Below, piece after piece: positions 14,301 to 27,808 of a DNA stretch of 64,000 nucleotides (positions are counted from its first letter, which is position 1; each line of letters begins with the position of its first letter). The notes under the pieces were generated by a model. The model was not told the origin of the DNA. It saw nothing but the letters and a program-made list of their open reading frames with translations, and did not search any database. Both the position numbers and the translations under genes were made by a program. This DNA is from Trichoplax sp. H2 (lineage: Eukaryota). The stretch is from NCBI GenBank assembly GCA_003344405.1, contig NOWV01000121.1:1-64000 (forward strand), given 5' to 3'.

Positions 14301-17300
14301 TGAAGACAGAAAATTTTTCACAATTATTTTTGGTTTACGTAAAGAATCAAAGAGTATCCTTTTATTCCCACAATAATATCTATTTCTTTATTATTTCAAT
14401 GCATGCAAGTACTAACATTTCCGAGATTTTATTAATAATTAAGTACATATAACAAGGAACTGTACATTTCTGTTATTATATTAGACTAGTACCACGTTAA
14501 TAATTTCACTTGCAACGCACAATACAATTTCCGTTTGCTGCCTAAGTACCCTACTAGCTAAAAGCTCTTACATTTAATAAAATTTGAGTAATAATACTAA
14601 TATTTCATTTTTAATTTTTCAAGGGCTCGTGCATGCTTAGAATGATAGAACAATTCATGGGTAGAGAAAAGTTTTTCAAAGGAGTTAATCTATATTTAAA
14701 TAAGTTTAAATATAATGCTGCTTTTGGTGCTGATTTATGGAATTCCCTAAGTCAGGTAATTGGGAATATGATATCAAGCAGCGATATTGCTGATCGATAG
14801 CAACAGCTAACTATAAATATTAGAATCATTACTTTCGGTAGTTCCTATATAACAATCGAGGTTCTATTTCATTATTAGGTAACACATTATGATATCAATT
14901 CAATCATGAAGCCTTGGATACATAAGATTGGATTTCCCATTATCACGGCGTTAGTAGACCGAAATCGACATAAAGTAACCTTTTCCGTTTCGTTATATCC
15001 ACAAAAACGTAAAGTTCAGCAGAATTCCATAGATACAAAGAATAGGTAATCAACATAATTTTATATTTCAGTTCTTAATAAGCTAGAAAATAGTCTATTT
15101 TAATTCTTTATATGGAAAATTAAATACGACCATATTCGGATCCATTGCTTGTATTAATCTGTATATAAGGATAACTGTATTGTATGCTTAATATCTTATA
15201 ATAGCATAAATTAAGATCAAGATATCTAATTTATAATATATTCTTTATCGATAGCCGTATGTGCATATTTTTCTGTGATTTTCGATATTTGCTCCTTCAA
15301 TTATACTAATAAAATCCCTTGAATTTTCTTCGGGATTCATTATGATTAACATTTAATAGTGAGATAGACCGTCAGATACCTTTCACCTTCAGAACGAACA
15401 TGGTACACAATGGAAAGTTTTTAATTAAACGTTCTGCGGGTAAGACTACACGTATAGTACCATGTAATTGCAAATGTAGTCTTTTCCGTTCAGAAATTTA
15501 TTAATTTTGAATTCGTTATTAGACTCAATGGCGTTAAAGTCGCCATTTCAATGGTTTAAAGCCAATGTCAACAGTTCCGGATATTACTGTGTAAATTATG
15601 ATCATGATACGTGGAATCAACTTATTCAATTACTGAAAATTGATCATAAGGTAAATGTCCTAATTCTTTACTTTTAACAATTACTTTAACATAATTTCTG
15701 AATGTTCATGAAAAGCAATATATTTTATAGTAGTAATCGTTTTTTCAATTATGTGCTATATTCCATACGTTAGAAATTAAGCCCTTCTGACAGAGCAGAC
15801 CTAATAACCGATTCCTGCGCATTGGCTGAGTTAGTACAAATTTGATACTTTAAAGAGGCTATAAAAAGATAATTCTTAGCATGAAAGTAGCAAATATAAT
15901 ATTCAAATAATGACAGGCTGTATCTTTCTTATAGAATTGGCGAGTTAAATATTAATATTTTCTTCGGTACAACGGAATATCTTATTCATGAGAAAGATGA
16001 ATTACCACGAGATATGGCATACAATTGCCTGAAAAAAATTCGTTCGTCTTTACAAAGAAAGGCTGATCGAGATAATTTACTAGTAAATAATATCGTAAAA
16101 AGCATGATTTTTACTAATAAATAAAGTTATCATAAGATATAGATTAAGCCAAGAATTCCCTTACATAACATCATCTTAGAAACAATTTATGATGTATACG
16201 CGTATTCTTTTGTTAATTCTCGCCTCCGCTTGCGCTATTAGAAATACATTGCATATCTGAAACTAAAGCCACCGCCCGATTTAGACAAAGATAATCTGGA
16301 AATGGATGATTATAGCTTCCAGTTATCTTCCCAGAATGAGTAAGAATATTTATATGGATAGCCGAAAATATAGCAGAATATATAATAGCCGTTTTATTGA
16401 ATTATTTTCTAAGTTAACATCCGCTAATCGTCAATGTTTTTTACATTACTTTTATTCTATCTAATACATTTACTATAAACACAATAGCTCTTTGAATTTA
16501 AAACTTTATCAATTTAATTGCTAGCCAGTTTGATTGTGCTATATAATAAATTAAGTGCTCTAACCTATCTAGCAATAAGGAAGACAGCTTAGAAAAACAA
16601 TTACTAGCTCTTATTCATGATGGAACACCAGCTAATTGGTACAGCTTATTTTACCAGTATAAAATGTCAAAGAGGAATTGGGAAAAAATTTCTATGATTA
16701 AAGCTCTGGCATCAACTCCTCATCAATTCTTAATTAAGAGGTGAATAACCACCATAACAATTATCCTTATGTCAGCTTACAATATATTATTAGCTTATAT
16801 CTAGAAAACTAATACAGGTACATAACGGTTGATTCATTTTATATCTAGCCTATTAGAGCTCAGTCTTACCAATAAAGAGCTGTCTCCTAGTGATCTAAAA
16901 GATATACTAGTAGCAATTAGCCGGAATAGGATTCATAGAAAAAGCCTTTTGAACTTCATGACAGAGAATTGGAAACAATTGGCTGAGAGGTAATTTAGGA
17001 GATAAATGTTTATAAAATAATTGGTAAGCAAGAAAGCGATTTTTATGGTAATGAGATACTTTAACGCTTTATGCAATCACGATCAAATTTTTTCTAAATT
17101 AGGTCATCTCCAGTAACCATGAAACTGATACTAGATGATCTTGTTCAACAACCTGAAATACACGATAATACACTTGAGGTAATTCAAATAAGATTAATTA
17201 TAATCATTCTATAAATGTCAGCAAAGTGACAGAAAGTTAGGTTAGTAATATTATCAAACTGAGATTTATGAATTTTTATGCATGAATATGTTTCATTCTA

Positions 17301-18234
17301 AATTTTAGTTAAATTAAGCTCCATAGTCTAATATTCCCTCTCTCTGGCTTTCATTTAACAATCCTTATATTTCTTTCGCAGCAATAACTGTATTAGCTCT
17401 CCAAATTAATAATATTTGCATAACCAGTAAACTTAGATTGTACAGTGATGTTGTTTTATTCATCAATCTAGATATCGTTATGTAAATTTCAGCGCATTAA
17501 GATACTTTGCCAGAGTGTGGATTACCGTAATCAGTATGGTGCTGAGTTGCTTTAAAATACTAGTGGAAAAAATTTGCTGAGTAACTCATATATTTGATCA
17601 TAGTAGTCTGCCCTACTATAGCTAGATTGTTACAGTTATTATATAATGTATAGTTTAAAATGTTATCTACCATACTCTCTTTTATTATTTTATGACTGTT
17701 TACATGTTAATCTACCGTAATGAACGTCCATTGCATACGATTTACAGTATACAACACCGAGCCTGCTTTCTTATTGAAAAACCCTGAGTGTAAATATCTG
17801 GTTACCGTTAAACCTATCCCTAATTTATGTTATCTATAAAAGTCTACAAAATAGATCAGTGCTGTCTACATTAGCTTATTTGCGATTGAAATACTCGTAT
17901 TACTTACTAGTGATTACTTTATTCTTTAGAGCATAAATATTTTATCGTCGTATCGTATATTTTCCCTGGTTATACACGTACTTTAGATCTAATGAATAGC
18001 CGCATCGGCATCAATAATATAATTTCTCTCAAATTTACACACTATTCTTATAATGTAACATAGGTTAGAGATTTTATCCAACTTCATAGCATCGTCTTCC
18101 AGGAAGCACTTCAAAATGACTCCGATGAGAGGGAAAACTTTAAATTTTCTTTAACCAAAATAAATTCTAATAGAGCAAGTCATTGGCTTCGAAAAAAAAT
18201 TGAAAAACTAAAAAATGAAGGAATATTTAATTGA
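11302..18234 (+). CDS. Type II membrane M1 zinc aminopeptidase, paralog 2 (divergent), 17 exons
   Basis: Manual exons: 11302-11966, 12266-12539, 12932-13052, 13272-13420, 13597-13710, 13853-13987, 14624-14755, 14879-15045, 15360-15439, 15523-15650, 15774-15829, 15935-16082, 16242-16339, 16573-16740, 16849-16989, 17103-17178, 18064-18234. Motifs: TM helix, [42 protein letters not shown]-x18-E (FLKEG), FDGIIYQKG; ends at TGA. The first in-frame ATG (11302) is preferred over the TTG at 11242. Confidence 0.9.
12534..12887. repeat. Diverged ~181-bp tandem duplication in intron 2 of paralog 2, copying the splice donor
   Basis: Units begin ATCAAG|GTAAAT at 12534 and 12715 and share CAATAATTACTG(A/G)TTTAGTTAATTTGCTA, GAAGTAGAGA, GAATCATTTTT and GAGATC(C/G)GCTAC. 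Confidence 0.85.
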
Positions 18235-20577
18235 GATTTTTTTATTAAATAATGGAAATGATCGACTATAAATTCTTATATTAAGTTCTGTTATTGCCCG
18301 ACATTAGATCGGTCAGGATATTTAATTCATGATACAATTTCAGCTGAACATTTATCTTTATTATAATTTCAGCAATCTACATTTTATTTTAGCCACAGGT
18401 TGTTTATACAGCAGTAACGTTCTCCCTCAACTTTTATTTTAAATTATAGAATAAGATAGGTACACTACAGTATATTGTATATTTGCTTAGCCTTTGAATA
18501 AAGGACGGCTTTTTGAATTAACCCTATTATTAGGAATAGTATCATTTTGTGGGTTTTAATAATCATTCATTTCTAAGTTACATATTATCTTATGTAAATA
18601 TATTTGCTTGCAATTAGATTTATAGATTGCACTTACCTTTAGAACAGTAATGATGTATCTATAAAGATGCTAACCCTCCAAATAAGCTCTATAATAGCAT
18701 CCATTTCCATCGATTAATTAAAATAGTAGTGGGAATACGCAATCTTTTTAATCTAGAACCTATTAACTCGCGAACGAATGCTACCGTTGATCGTCAGTTG
18801 CAGTTCTCACACTATTACTACTCGTCTTTCAATTTATAGTCCAGTAGCATTGACAAAATTTATTATATACTAGAATACCGGTCGGAAATTACAGGAATAT
18901 ATCACGTTTTGATCGCAAATGTAGTATCAGAACTAATGGTATTATTTGTCTTTTATTATATCGAATAAAAGTCTTACCAATACAATAATGACTGTATTTG
19001 AAATATTAAATCATAAATGATCTAAACACAAGCATAAATTTCTTAGTTTGAAGATTCCTTGTTTCACGGTATGCACTGTACTTTATTTTATTAATATCGA
19101 GTAAAATTTCCAATGTGTACTTAAAATAGATCATCTTGAAGGCAATTCGATTCGTATCTTAATAATCGAGTATTTAGATTTCTGACAGTCCCTAAAATGT
19201 CAACAATTGCCTCTAATTAAGGCTAATTTATTTAATTAAATGAACGTTTAACCTTTCCGCTCAAGTGAACGGCCAGAATCTAAAATGTAATATCAATGAC
19301 TGTATAGCGTTGGCAAAGCATCCAATCGCTTCATTGATACCATCTCAAACAAATTATTCTAAAAGCCTTTAACCTAAGAGATATTTAGTAGTTGATCTTG
19401 CATTGAGTACGATATCATAGCTATCCCTCAAGATCATCATACAACGTCATCAAAATAGGATTTTCATGATCAGTAAATTGGCAAATACAAGATGTTTCGT
19501 TTTACTAATATTATTTTACGTATATTATATAAAGAACGAGCTACGAGTATGCGAGTTTAAAAATTCCTGGATAAGGTTAACTGTCTTGTCGCAACTCAAC
19601 CCGAAACAGAATTTTAAGGCATAAATTTTGATAGACCAAGTAAAATAAACATTTTAATGGCCTAAAATTTTTTCAATTTTGTTAACTTTCATATTATACA
19701 GTTAGAAACGATAGAGTAGCAATTTTAAGTTTTCTAGTTTTATCATTATACTGTAAGGATTCTTTAAAATCTACCGTAAGAACTTACTTTAATAAAATTT
19801 AATGAATTGAAACACTTATTTCCGTTTAAGTATGTATTAAACTACAAAGAGATACGAAACAAACAGCCCTTCTTTCTCCTTGAACGAATGTATTTATATA
19901 CGAATCCCTCACAGTACAATAACAGATACACCATATGCTAACCGACTATTATCAACTTGTATATTTTAGAGTCTCAAGATTCAGTTTCTTCTACTGTTTA
20001 AAGTTCAGTGATCTGAATTATCCTTTTTTTAAATATTTATGATAGCTTAACGTTCAGTATGACAATAATTAAAACCAAATAATTTTTGAAACAGTAGTCG
20101 CAATCACATTCCTTTCGTGTTCGCTTACATATTGTTTTCCACTTAAACAACTCTATGCAATTTGATATGCCAAAAATTTTTGTGTACAATTATAAGGTAT
20201 ACAAGTGAATCAGTTGGCCGCATGGTAACAACTTCGTTTATTGTCTACGTTAAAATCAACATCGTTACTGATGTAATACAGATATACTAATAACTATACT
20301 TTAATCAAGTTAGATATTGTTCTTCGTATAATATATTAGAATCGACAACTATAGATAATTATCCATTACGTCACGATATCCAATAGTAATATTGAACAAT
20401 AAAATCCAATATCCAGTGGTGTTAAAACAATTTTCAAAGAGATGGTATAATTTTCTATCCATTATACTTGGTACTAGCTATTGCTATAACGAATTTACTC
20501 ATAGCTTTAGTTTTTTAACTAAGTTACTCGATGTTTTAGAATTTCTCTCAAATACTAAATTACAGAAAGCAAGTAGA

Positions 20578-20778
20578 ATGCCTCGTTCAAGCGCAGCTTA
20601 TGTCGTCGTGGATAATATCGCTGATTTTCAGCCAAAATCTGTTTCACGTCGTGAATCAACGGTCCAATTCTCGCCAAATCACACCAAAATGCATTTAATT
20701 ATCGCGTATATTACTGTTGCTTTGACAGTTTCCGTGGTCGTTGGGGTTTTAATTTATCTTTTCCAAAACAAAAAGTAA
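20578..20778 (+). CDS. 66-aa microprotein with a C-terminal transmembrane helix (paralog A), unknown family
   Basis: MPRSSAAYVVVDNIADFQPKSVSRRESTVQFSPNHTKMHLIIAYITVALTVSVVVGVLIYLFQNKK*. ATG has A at -3. The TM segment is 12/23 identical to the ORF at 27809, with synonymous codon differences. Confidence 0.75.
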   Translation: MPRSSAAYVVVDNIADFQPKSVSRRESTVQFSPNHTKMHLIIAYITVALTVSVVVGVLIYLFQNKK

Positions 20779-23700
20779 TATTAACAAGATTACATAGCAA
20801 AAATATCAATTCGATTGGTAAGTCTATCATTTAAGCCTTTACTGAACAGAGAATATGGCTGATTATTCATCTCTACTAAGATATCAGTTTCTGGATAAAA
20901 ATATAAGTATTTACTTTCAAGTTTAATGAAAACTTGAAAGCAAACTTAGACAATACGAACGGAAAAAAGTTGATGTCTTATCTTTTCGGAAACGTTTATT
21001 CGTAGCATTTGATTTACTTGGATTGTTTATTGTCTACCGATTTTATTTGGCCATATGAATTTTAACCTTTAACTAAACAATTGACATCTGGTGTGTATTA
21101 ATGCACATGCTTGACTATTAAATACTGTACCATAGCACTAGTTAAGATGTGTAGGTCAGGATCGAGAATTTTAAATAAAAATGAAAAATGTTAATGAAAA
21201 CCATCTTGATATCTACACACGACAAAGGCGTTAAGAATGGTGTAGATGATTCACATGATTATAAAATAGAAGTTCAGAAAGTCGCCTGATTTCGAAGAAT
21301 AAATACATTGACGATATTATAATCGTCGAGTTGACAGTATGCGAATTAGATTTCTTTAACAGCAGACAGACATTGGATCCGAAGTTTAAATTGATAAAAT
21401 CAAATTTATTGGAAGCCTGAAATACTCCGTCGTATCAATCTCAAACTGTGAAGGTTCCATTCTAGTACACAGTATAAGAAAAATGCAATCATTTAAAGGA
21501 AATTAATTTATTTCATTTGGTGATAATGTAATCAGGAATGATATCCTTCATAAATATAATAACATTTTAAGATGGTATATTAATTAGGTAATTTTGGTTT
21601 TGAAATCAAAATATATGATCATGTAAGATATGAAGGTTAATTCGCATTGTGATCTCAACTTTGTCTAAATGTGAGTTTTTATTTGTCAATTATAAAATCA
21701 GACATGGAACTTATATCGGTATCGTAATTCTTTTAAGGTGTAAACTTGATAAGAGAGTAACTTAATAAAGCTTCTGTATTACAGCTTATCAGGACGTTCC
21801 ATATTAAATTTAACTCTGTAGTCTTGAGATAACTTAATAAAATAAGTTTTAACCCGTAATTGTTATTATCATTTTTTTGTTTTCTGATATCTGTACACAA
21901 AGTTTACTAATAAAAAACGGTAATTCTTGTTATAGTACTATAATAAATAAATAGTAATGCTTCCATATAAAGCTCTCTGTTATATAAAAATAAGATCTAG
22001 ATTTTTAAAAGCAAGGATATTGGCATGAAACTAATATTGAATTATCATTTAATTTAATAATGATGCGATTTTGTGTATCTTTCATTTGCTGTAAAATGAA
22101 AGTAAAGCTTTTTAAATACTATTTGTGTTACAATACAAATAAATGCTACTTGCATTTAATGTGTGCAATTTTAAAATACTCCATCAAAGGTAGCAATTAG
22201 CGTTCAACTTACGAATAGCTTCGGTTATATTGCTATTCTTTAAGATATTTGATTCTAATGGAAGACGAACTCTGACAAAGATAGTAACAGATTGGCAATC
22301 CTCCTTATATAATATTGTGAATATAAGTGGACAACTCAGAGTAGAAATATTTTATTGTATATCTGAGAAATGTTGTCGAATATTCTAATTACAAATTATT
22401 GATCAATTTCATTGCTAGTCAGAATAAATCGATAGAGATTGATAACCTAAACGGATTTTAGACATAAATTTCTTCTTGCAATTAGTGAAACAATCTCCAC
22501 CGCTATTTGTTATTGTACTGATGTAGATGAGATAATTACTTTAACACTTTGTAAATTTTATAAATAATAGAAACCATTATAATGCTCTTGTTTCAGGTCA
22601 TCACACCTCTCGTTCAATATAAGTTCTTATTACCAGAAAAGTATGTTTCGAAGGTTATATATATACTGATTACAAAACGGTATTGCTATTTCTTGGCTGT
22701 AGAATATTAGTGTTGTCGTATAGCATTTATTACATTTAACTTGTAAACCTAATGTACTCGTATATGGGCTGTAATAGTCTCAGAATATTTTACATGCTCC
22801 TTTCTAGTTGGTTCAATATACCATTTTTAGTGTAAATTATATTGACGATATTACGTGGAAAAAATCAAGAAGCTCCAATCTCGCCCTACAACGTGATATA
22901 ATATCCTCGTACAATATAATACAAGCGTAAATCATCTCTAAATTCTATCTACTTAATAATCTCAATCTTCAAAAGTCTTTGACTTCATAATAAATTAGAA
23001 TTTGGCCACTTTTATTCTCGTCAGCTATATTATTGGTACTTCGTAAATGCATATTAAGTACAATTTACCCCTCTAACTATTAGTTTACCTGGCATGAAGC
23101 ATTCATTTCAACCTGATATACAGTTTGATCAAGAAGTAGTATTACTAAGCTGCTTTTACTTTATTCTGATCCGATCGAAATTGATTGATGCGGATTATAA
23201 TTGCTTGAAAATAAGTCTATCATAACGCTTTATTAATTACGAATCGTATAACAGTATTGCACCGGCCATTACAAGTGATTTAATAACTTTTTAAAGTTTC
23301 ACTCTATTAAAGGATACATTCAATTCGTGCATCCTATCATGGAGTTAAAAAGACTTCAAAGATTTAGAAAGTTTTTTACCATATAGTAGTGGGTAAAATT
23401 TTAAATTACTGAATAATGCAGTCTCATACATTCAATAGTGCATTACTATACTGTACCGTGTAAATGCAGTCATAGATTAGTGTGTGTACTGCATCATCTA
23501 CCATAGTAGTCCATGATCCAAAGTACAATTCAGTAGAGTGATAACCGTGATACTTTGCGTACTTGTTCACTAGCCGAACAAAGTAGAATCTTACTACACT
23601 AATTAATACCAGACAGTCTAGACCTACATCTCGTGATACTTTGCTTACTTATTTACTGACAGTAAGTAGAATATTAAATAATTAATGAATTAAGGTTAGG

Positions 23701-23982
23701 AAGTAAAGTTAATCAACTCTATTATGCAATTGTATCCTATGCTTATGGTCCGTGAGTTGCATGCTAGTCTACATGTACTACTGTAGACTAAGTAGGATAA
23801 CAATCAATCACGATATGCAGATGATTGAGGATCAGGATAAAATAATTATTGCAAATACACACTACGAGATCCCGAGATAGCTACGTAACATGTATATGTA
23901 TTACAGCAAAAGCAACACTATTTAACAGTCTTGAATTTACACTACCTATCTGCAACTACAGTGCTTCATACTATATATGACA

Positions 23983-24173
23983 TGGCTAAAACCCGATCTC
24001 GGTTAATATGCATTCAACCTGCTAAAGCCCGAATTGAAGGCAAAAGTATTACAATTTCGGGCTTTAGCCGGTTATTATCTACTGTACTCGGTTAATATGC
24101 ATAATAGCCGGCTAAAGCCCGAATTGAAGGCAAAAGTATTACATCTTCGGGCTTGTGCCAGTTATTATCTACT
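23983..24173. repeat. Two 89-bp tandem units, each containing an inverted repeat, plus a partial upstream arm
   Basis: CTCGGTTAATATGCA starts units at 23998 and 24087. Unit 1 has GCTAAAGCCCGAA...TTCGGGCTTTAGC arms around TTGAAGGCAAAAGTATTACA; unit 2 has a degenerate right arm. A partial GGCTAAAACCCGA lies at 23983. Confidence 0.85.
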
Positions 24174-24206
24174 TTACTTTAGTGTAGTTTACATGCTTAG
24201 TGGTAC

Positions 24207-24532
24207 TGCACATATCACACTCGTTTTAGTGTACAGTACAGTATAGTAGATAACTTATTCTCATCCATCAAGGTACTGTGAAAGAAAAAGGCTTAATCTC
24301 CATGCTATTGCATCCCATTTTCCATTACTTTTCATTAGAGACCCTTAGGGTCTGTACTTTTCATAATATGCACATATCACACTCGTTTTAGTGTACAGTA
24401 CAGTATAGTAGATAACTTATTCTCATCCATCAAGGTACTGTGAAAGAAGAAGGCTTAATCTCCATGCTATTGCATCCCATTTTCCATTGCTTTTCATTAG
24501 AGACCCTTAGGGTCTGTACTTTTCATAATATG
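24207..24532. repeat. Near-perfect 162-bp tandem direct duplication
   Basis: TGCACATATCACACTCG...CTGTACTTTTCATAATATG starts at 24207 and 24369; I see only two substitutions. Each unit contains the palindrome AGACCCT-T-AGGGTCT. Confidence 0.92.
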
Positions 24533-27500
24533 AAATAGTCTAATCTTGTAGCACGCCTTCATCACCCCTCGAATAAAGCCTCTTTTAAAGACATATCCTC
24601 TCTTGCTATTCCTTTTCCCTTAGTCCCCTCACTTGCTTACTACCCTCGAATTATAATCATGGTTACTCCTGACCTGCGTGGAGTGCTTCTTTTACTTTTT
24701 GGAGCTAGATATCTGATAGAACTCGTTACATCACTACATACACGTATGTCTTGTAAATATCATACATTCTGCAGTAATAAAATCAGTTCTCTAGCAAGCT
24801 TAGTGAACTCAATAATACTACAGTAATAAAGGTTATGGACAAAAGGTGGTAAAGCTAGTACAGGATTGCAGAGGCTACTTGTATAGCTCACTTTTATCGA
24901 AGTCAGATAGCCACACAAGTTATTATCCCCATCGTCTGGCTATTCCAATAGATTACTAATGCACAAAGAATTGTATACTGCTGAAACCGACCGTACATGT
25001 ACCTGTGACTGATGATTTGTATTACAAATTTCAAAGAGATAAAATAACTCAATACTACAGTAAAAATGAATAGAAATATCAAGAACCAGTTGATTAAAAT
25101 TGCGATGATCTGTAGACGTAAAATTTAAGCCAAAATTGAGAGTAAATGCCTTGAAAGTTTATAGATCTAATTAAAGGCAATATTATAGCTGAACAGCTTG
25201 CAACCGATCTAGAGAGCTTGCTACACCCCTTTACTCCATAGTGTATGGCGATCATAGACTACTAGATGCATTTAGTAATCCATGGTAGCGGGGTAGGAGA
25301 GACAGAGATGGAGAAAGACAATGAAGTCGCTATAGCAACAGTGACATCTTTGTCAGATTGCATAATTTAGTAACTCCGAACGATATTATCCTAATCGTTG
25401 TATCTTCTATAATGTATTGCTCAGTGATTACTGAACAATTGCTTTTTTTAATCAATTCTGGCCACAGTGTAGTGTAGAGCAATTGAAGTCGAATCCTACC
25501 ACAGCGTCCGGATTAGAGATCAAAGTCTTAACATCTTTGAATAGAGAACACGTATCATCAACATTGGCCACTTGTCAAGACTAAAAGTCTTAATTTTCTT
25601 CATCATTTGTAGATGAATGATCCAAGCTCTGTTCGGTAGTGTTTTTTTTTCTTCTACAAATATCGATATCTTAAATGAAGAACGAACGCATTTATACTAA
25701 ACAATCTCATACTCACTTGATTGTGGCCTACATCATTGTGGCTGTTTTGATTTGTATCATGATAGGCTTACTGGCTAGATTATTTGCTAGACCAGTATAA
25801 TATCATGAAATAACTGCTATGGAGCAAATATAAAATTGGTCATAAAATTTTTAAGTTAGCGTGGATTAGATACGAATGGAACTACCCATAAAAAGATTAA
25901 GATGTAAAACAATTGGCTATTATTAAGCACCAATTATTTGAGTTTGATATACCGTGGCTGAACTCCTATTAATTTTTTAAAGATTATTTGTACGATCACC
26001 TTCGGCACTAAAATGTCGATATTAATGGATATCGATCTAAAGTGGCAATATGATTCTTGTTATGGATATAAGCACGCCTTTAAGTGCGTACCGTATCTCT
26101 CTAATTTTTCTATCAAAGAATTTACTCGAGGCAGATCAATCTTACCAAGGTTTTTTAACGGAAATGATGACAAATTGATTTTTCGAAAGAAGTCGAAAGA
26201 ATAGTTATTTTTCCGAGCCTAAATAATTGTTATGTTAATTAATAGATAATAGTAGTATGTTTATTATCGGTATATGGTAGTTAACGGTAGTGAAGATAAA
26301 ATTATCATTTAATTAACAGAAAGAACGCAGTAAGATAACTTGTACAAATTTTTAGGAACACATCAAAGAACTTTCTACGTATGTAAGCCTAACGATACCC
26401 TTAAAAGCTGGATGATTTTTTAATCTCCACTATATACTTACAGTGTTAATGTGGAAGTACGCTTTGAACTTGAACTGAATGCAGGTATAAGTACATAAGA
26501 GAATTGTAGTGAGAACAAGAGTAAGTGTATATAATAGAATTGATTAAATCTGGAAGCTCACAGCTAAGTCTAAATGCATCTTAGGATTCTATAAGACTGT
26601 TTTGTTAGACCAACAGCAATTGTAAAACATCTACTTAGCTCCTAATTTAAAGAAGTTAAACTTTAGTCTGTAACTTTATACCTACGTGAAAGCTTCTTAG
26701 CTTAGGTAAATTTTTTTACCAACTCTGTTTAAATAATTAGGTGAACTATATCGTGTTTTAGTTAAATTAATAAAGAGTATTTCTGTAGAATTGCTTTAGA
26801 AGTTATAATAAGAAAATTTGAAATTGCTTTATTGCAGCAATGTGTCTAAATAAATCCTCTAGTTTAATAGCCCCGAGTCTTTTAAATAAGTACTCATTAA
26901 GGTGATTGATAATCGTATACATAAATTTAAGTTCATATAATGTCAAATAGACTCATTTTGTTGTCATTTCTTGAGCCATCATAAATCGTTCCAAAATGAG
27001 TCGACAATTCTATATCTTTCACTGCTATAACTATAAAATCTGCGTTTACGTTGGTCTAAAATAAGCACATATCTATTATGCCATGTCAAAAATAGGATGC
27101 AGACGATACTTAGCATTGTAGCACTGTAGCTTGTACTCTGAATATTCAGTATAATATAACCAACTGTATTCGATGTTATTTACATAATTGCATTTAATTT
27201 TAAGATATGCAGTTAACCAAAGAATTTTATGAGTATTTAAGTTCCTGTCAAATATTTCACAAGTAGCCTATTAACTTGATTCTACTGTATAATAGCACAT
27301 TGTAAATATTCTCAATTCTTAATAGATCTTGCAATGAAATATTCTCACCTTAGGCATTAACACTAGATTAATTTTTTTATTTGATAAGTTGTGAATTTGA
27401 CTTCATACATTTTAATTAACTTTGCTAATCTCATAGAAATTGTAGTGCCTCTAGCTGTGTAACCCGGTAGCTAGTGTTCTCTCTTTATGCAATAAATAAG

Positions 27501-27808
27501 TAAGTCGTAAGACTAAGAATTTTTATCAAAGACTAACCAATAGCATCAGAAGTCAATTGTTTTGACTAATGATGCGTGTATCAAATCTCCTATTGAGTGA
27601 ATAAATAATCACTGCTGCCGATTGGATAAAGTTATGCTACGGTGTCTATCAAGGATTCATATTAACTATAATATTTTCATAATCATTCCCTATTTTTTAA
27701 GTCCCTGACTGCCAGAATTTTCCCGTTTCTATCACAAAAAGAAGGAAAAAAGAATTAAAGTTTTTCAGCTAACAATTAAAAACTGGGACGACGTTTCTTT
27801 GGAACAAA

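Noticed and set aside
1804-18234. Divergent aminopeptidase paralogs 1 and 2 as pseudogenes
   Set aside because: Both splice into uninterrupted frames with canonical sites and keep the zinc ligands, catalytic Glu and Tyr.
20392-20577. N-terminal extension of the 128-aa ORF from a TTG start
   Set aside because: Non-ATG start in a eukaryote, intron-like AT-rich sequence with AG acceptors just before the ATG at 20578, and the paralog aligns only from that ATG.
20770-20825. Microprotein A continuing via a donor at AA|GTAATA into downstream exons
   Set aside because: Paralog B stops at the equivalent position with no donor, and the downstream acceptor I tested (~21154) gives a stop within 13 codons. 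The GTAAGT at 20818 is more likely a 3' UTR intron donor. Not fully excluded without transcripts.
23998-24173. Palindromic repeats as a CRISPR array; ORF 24034-24246 as a gene
   Set aside because: Eukaryotic context, only two units, the inter-arm sequence is also repeated (no unique spacers), no cas genes. The ORF just translates the repeat.
24540-25660. GC-richer stretches that look like decayed coding sequence
   Set aside because: The frames I translated are interrupted and I recognise no protein family; a translated search would be needed.
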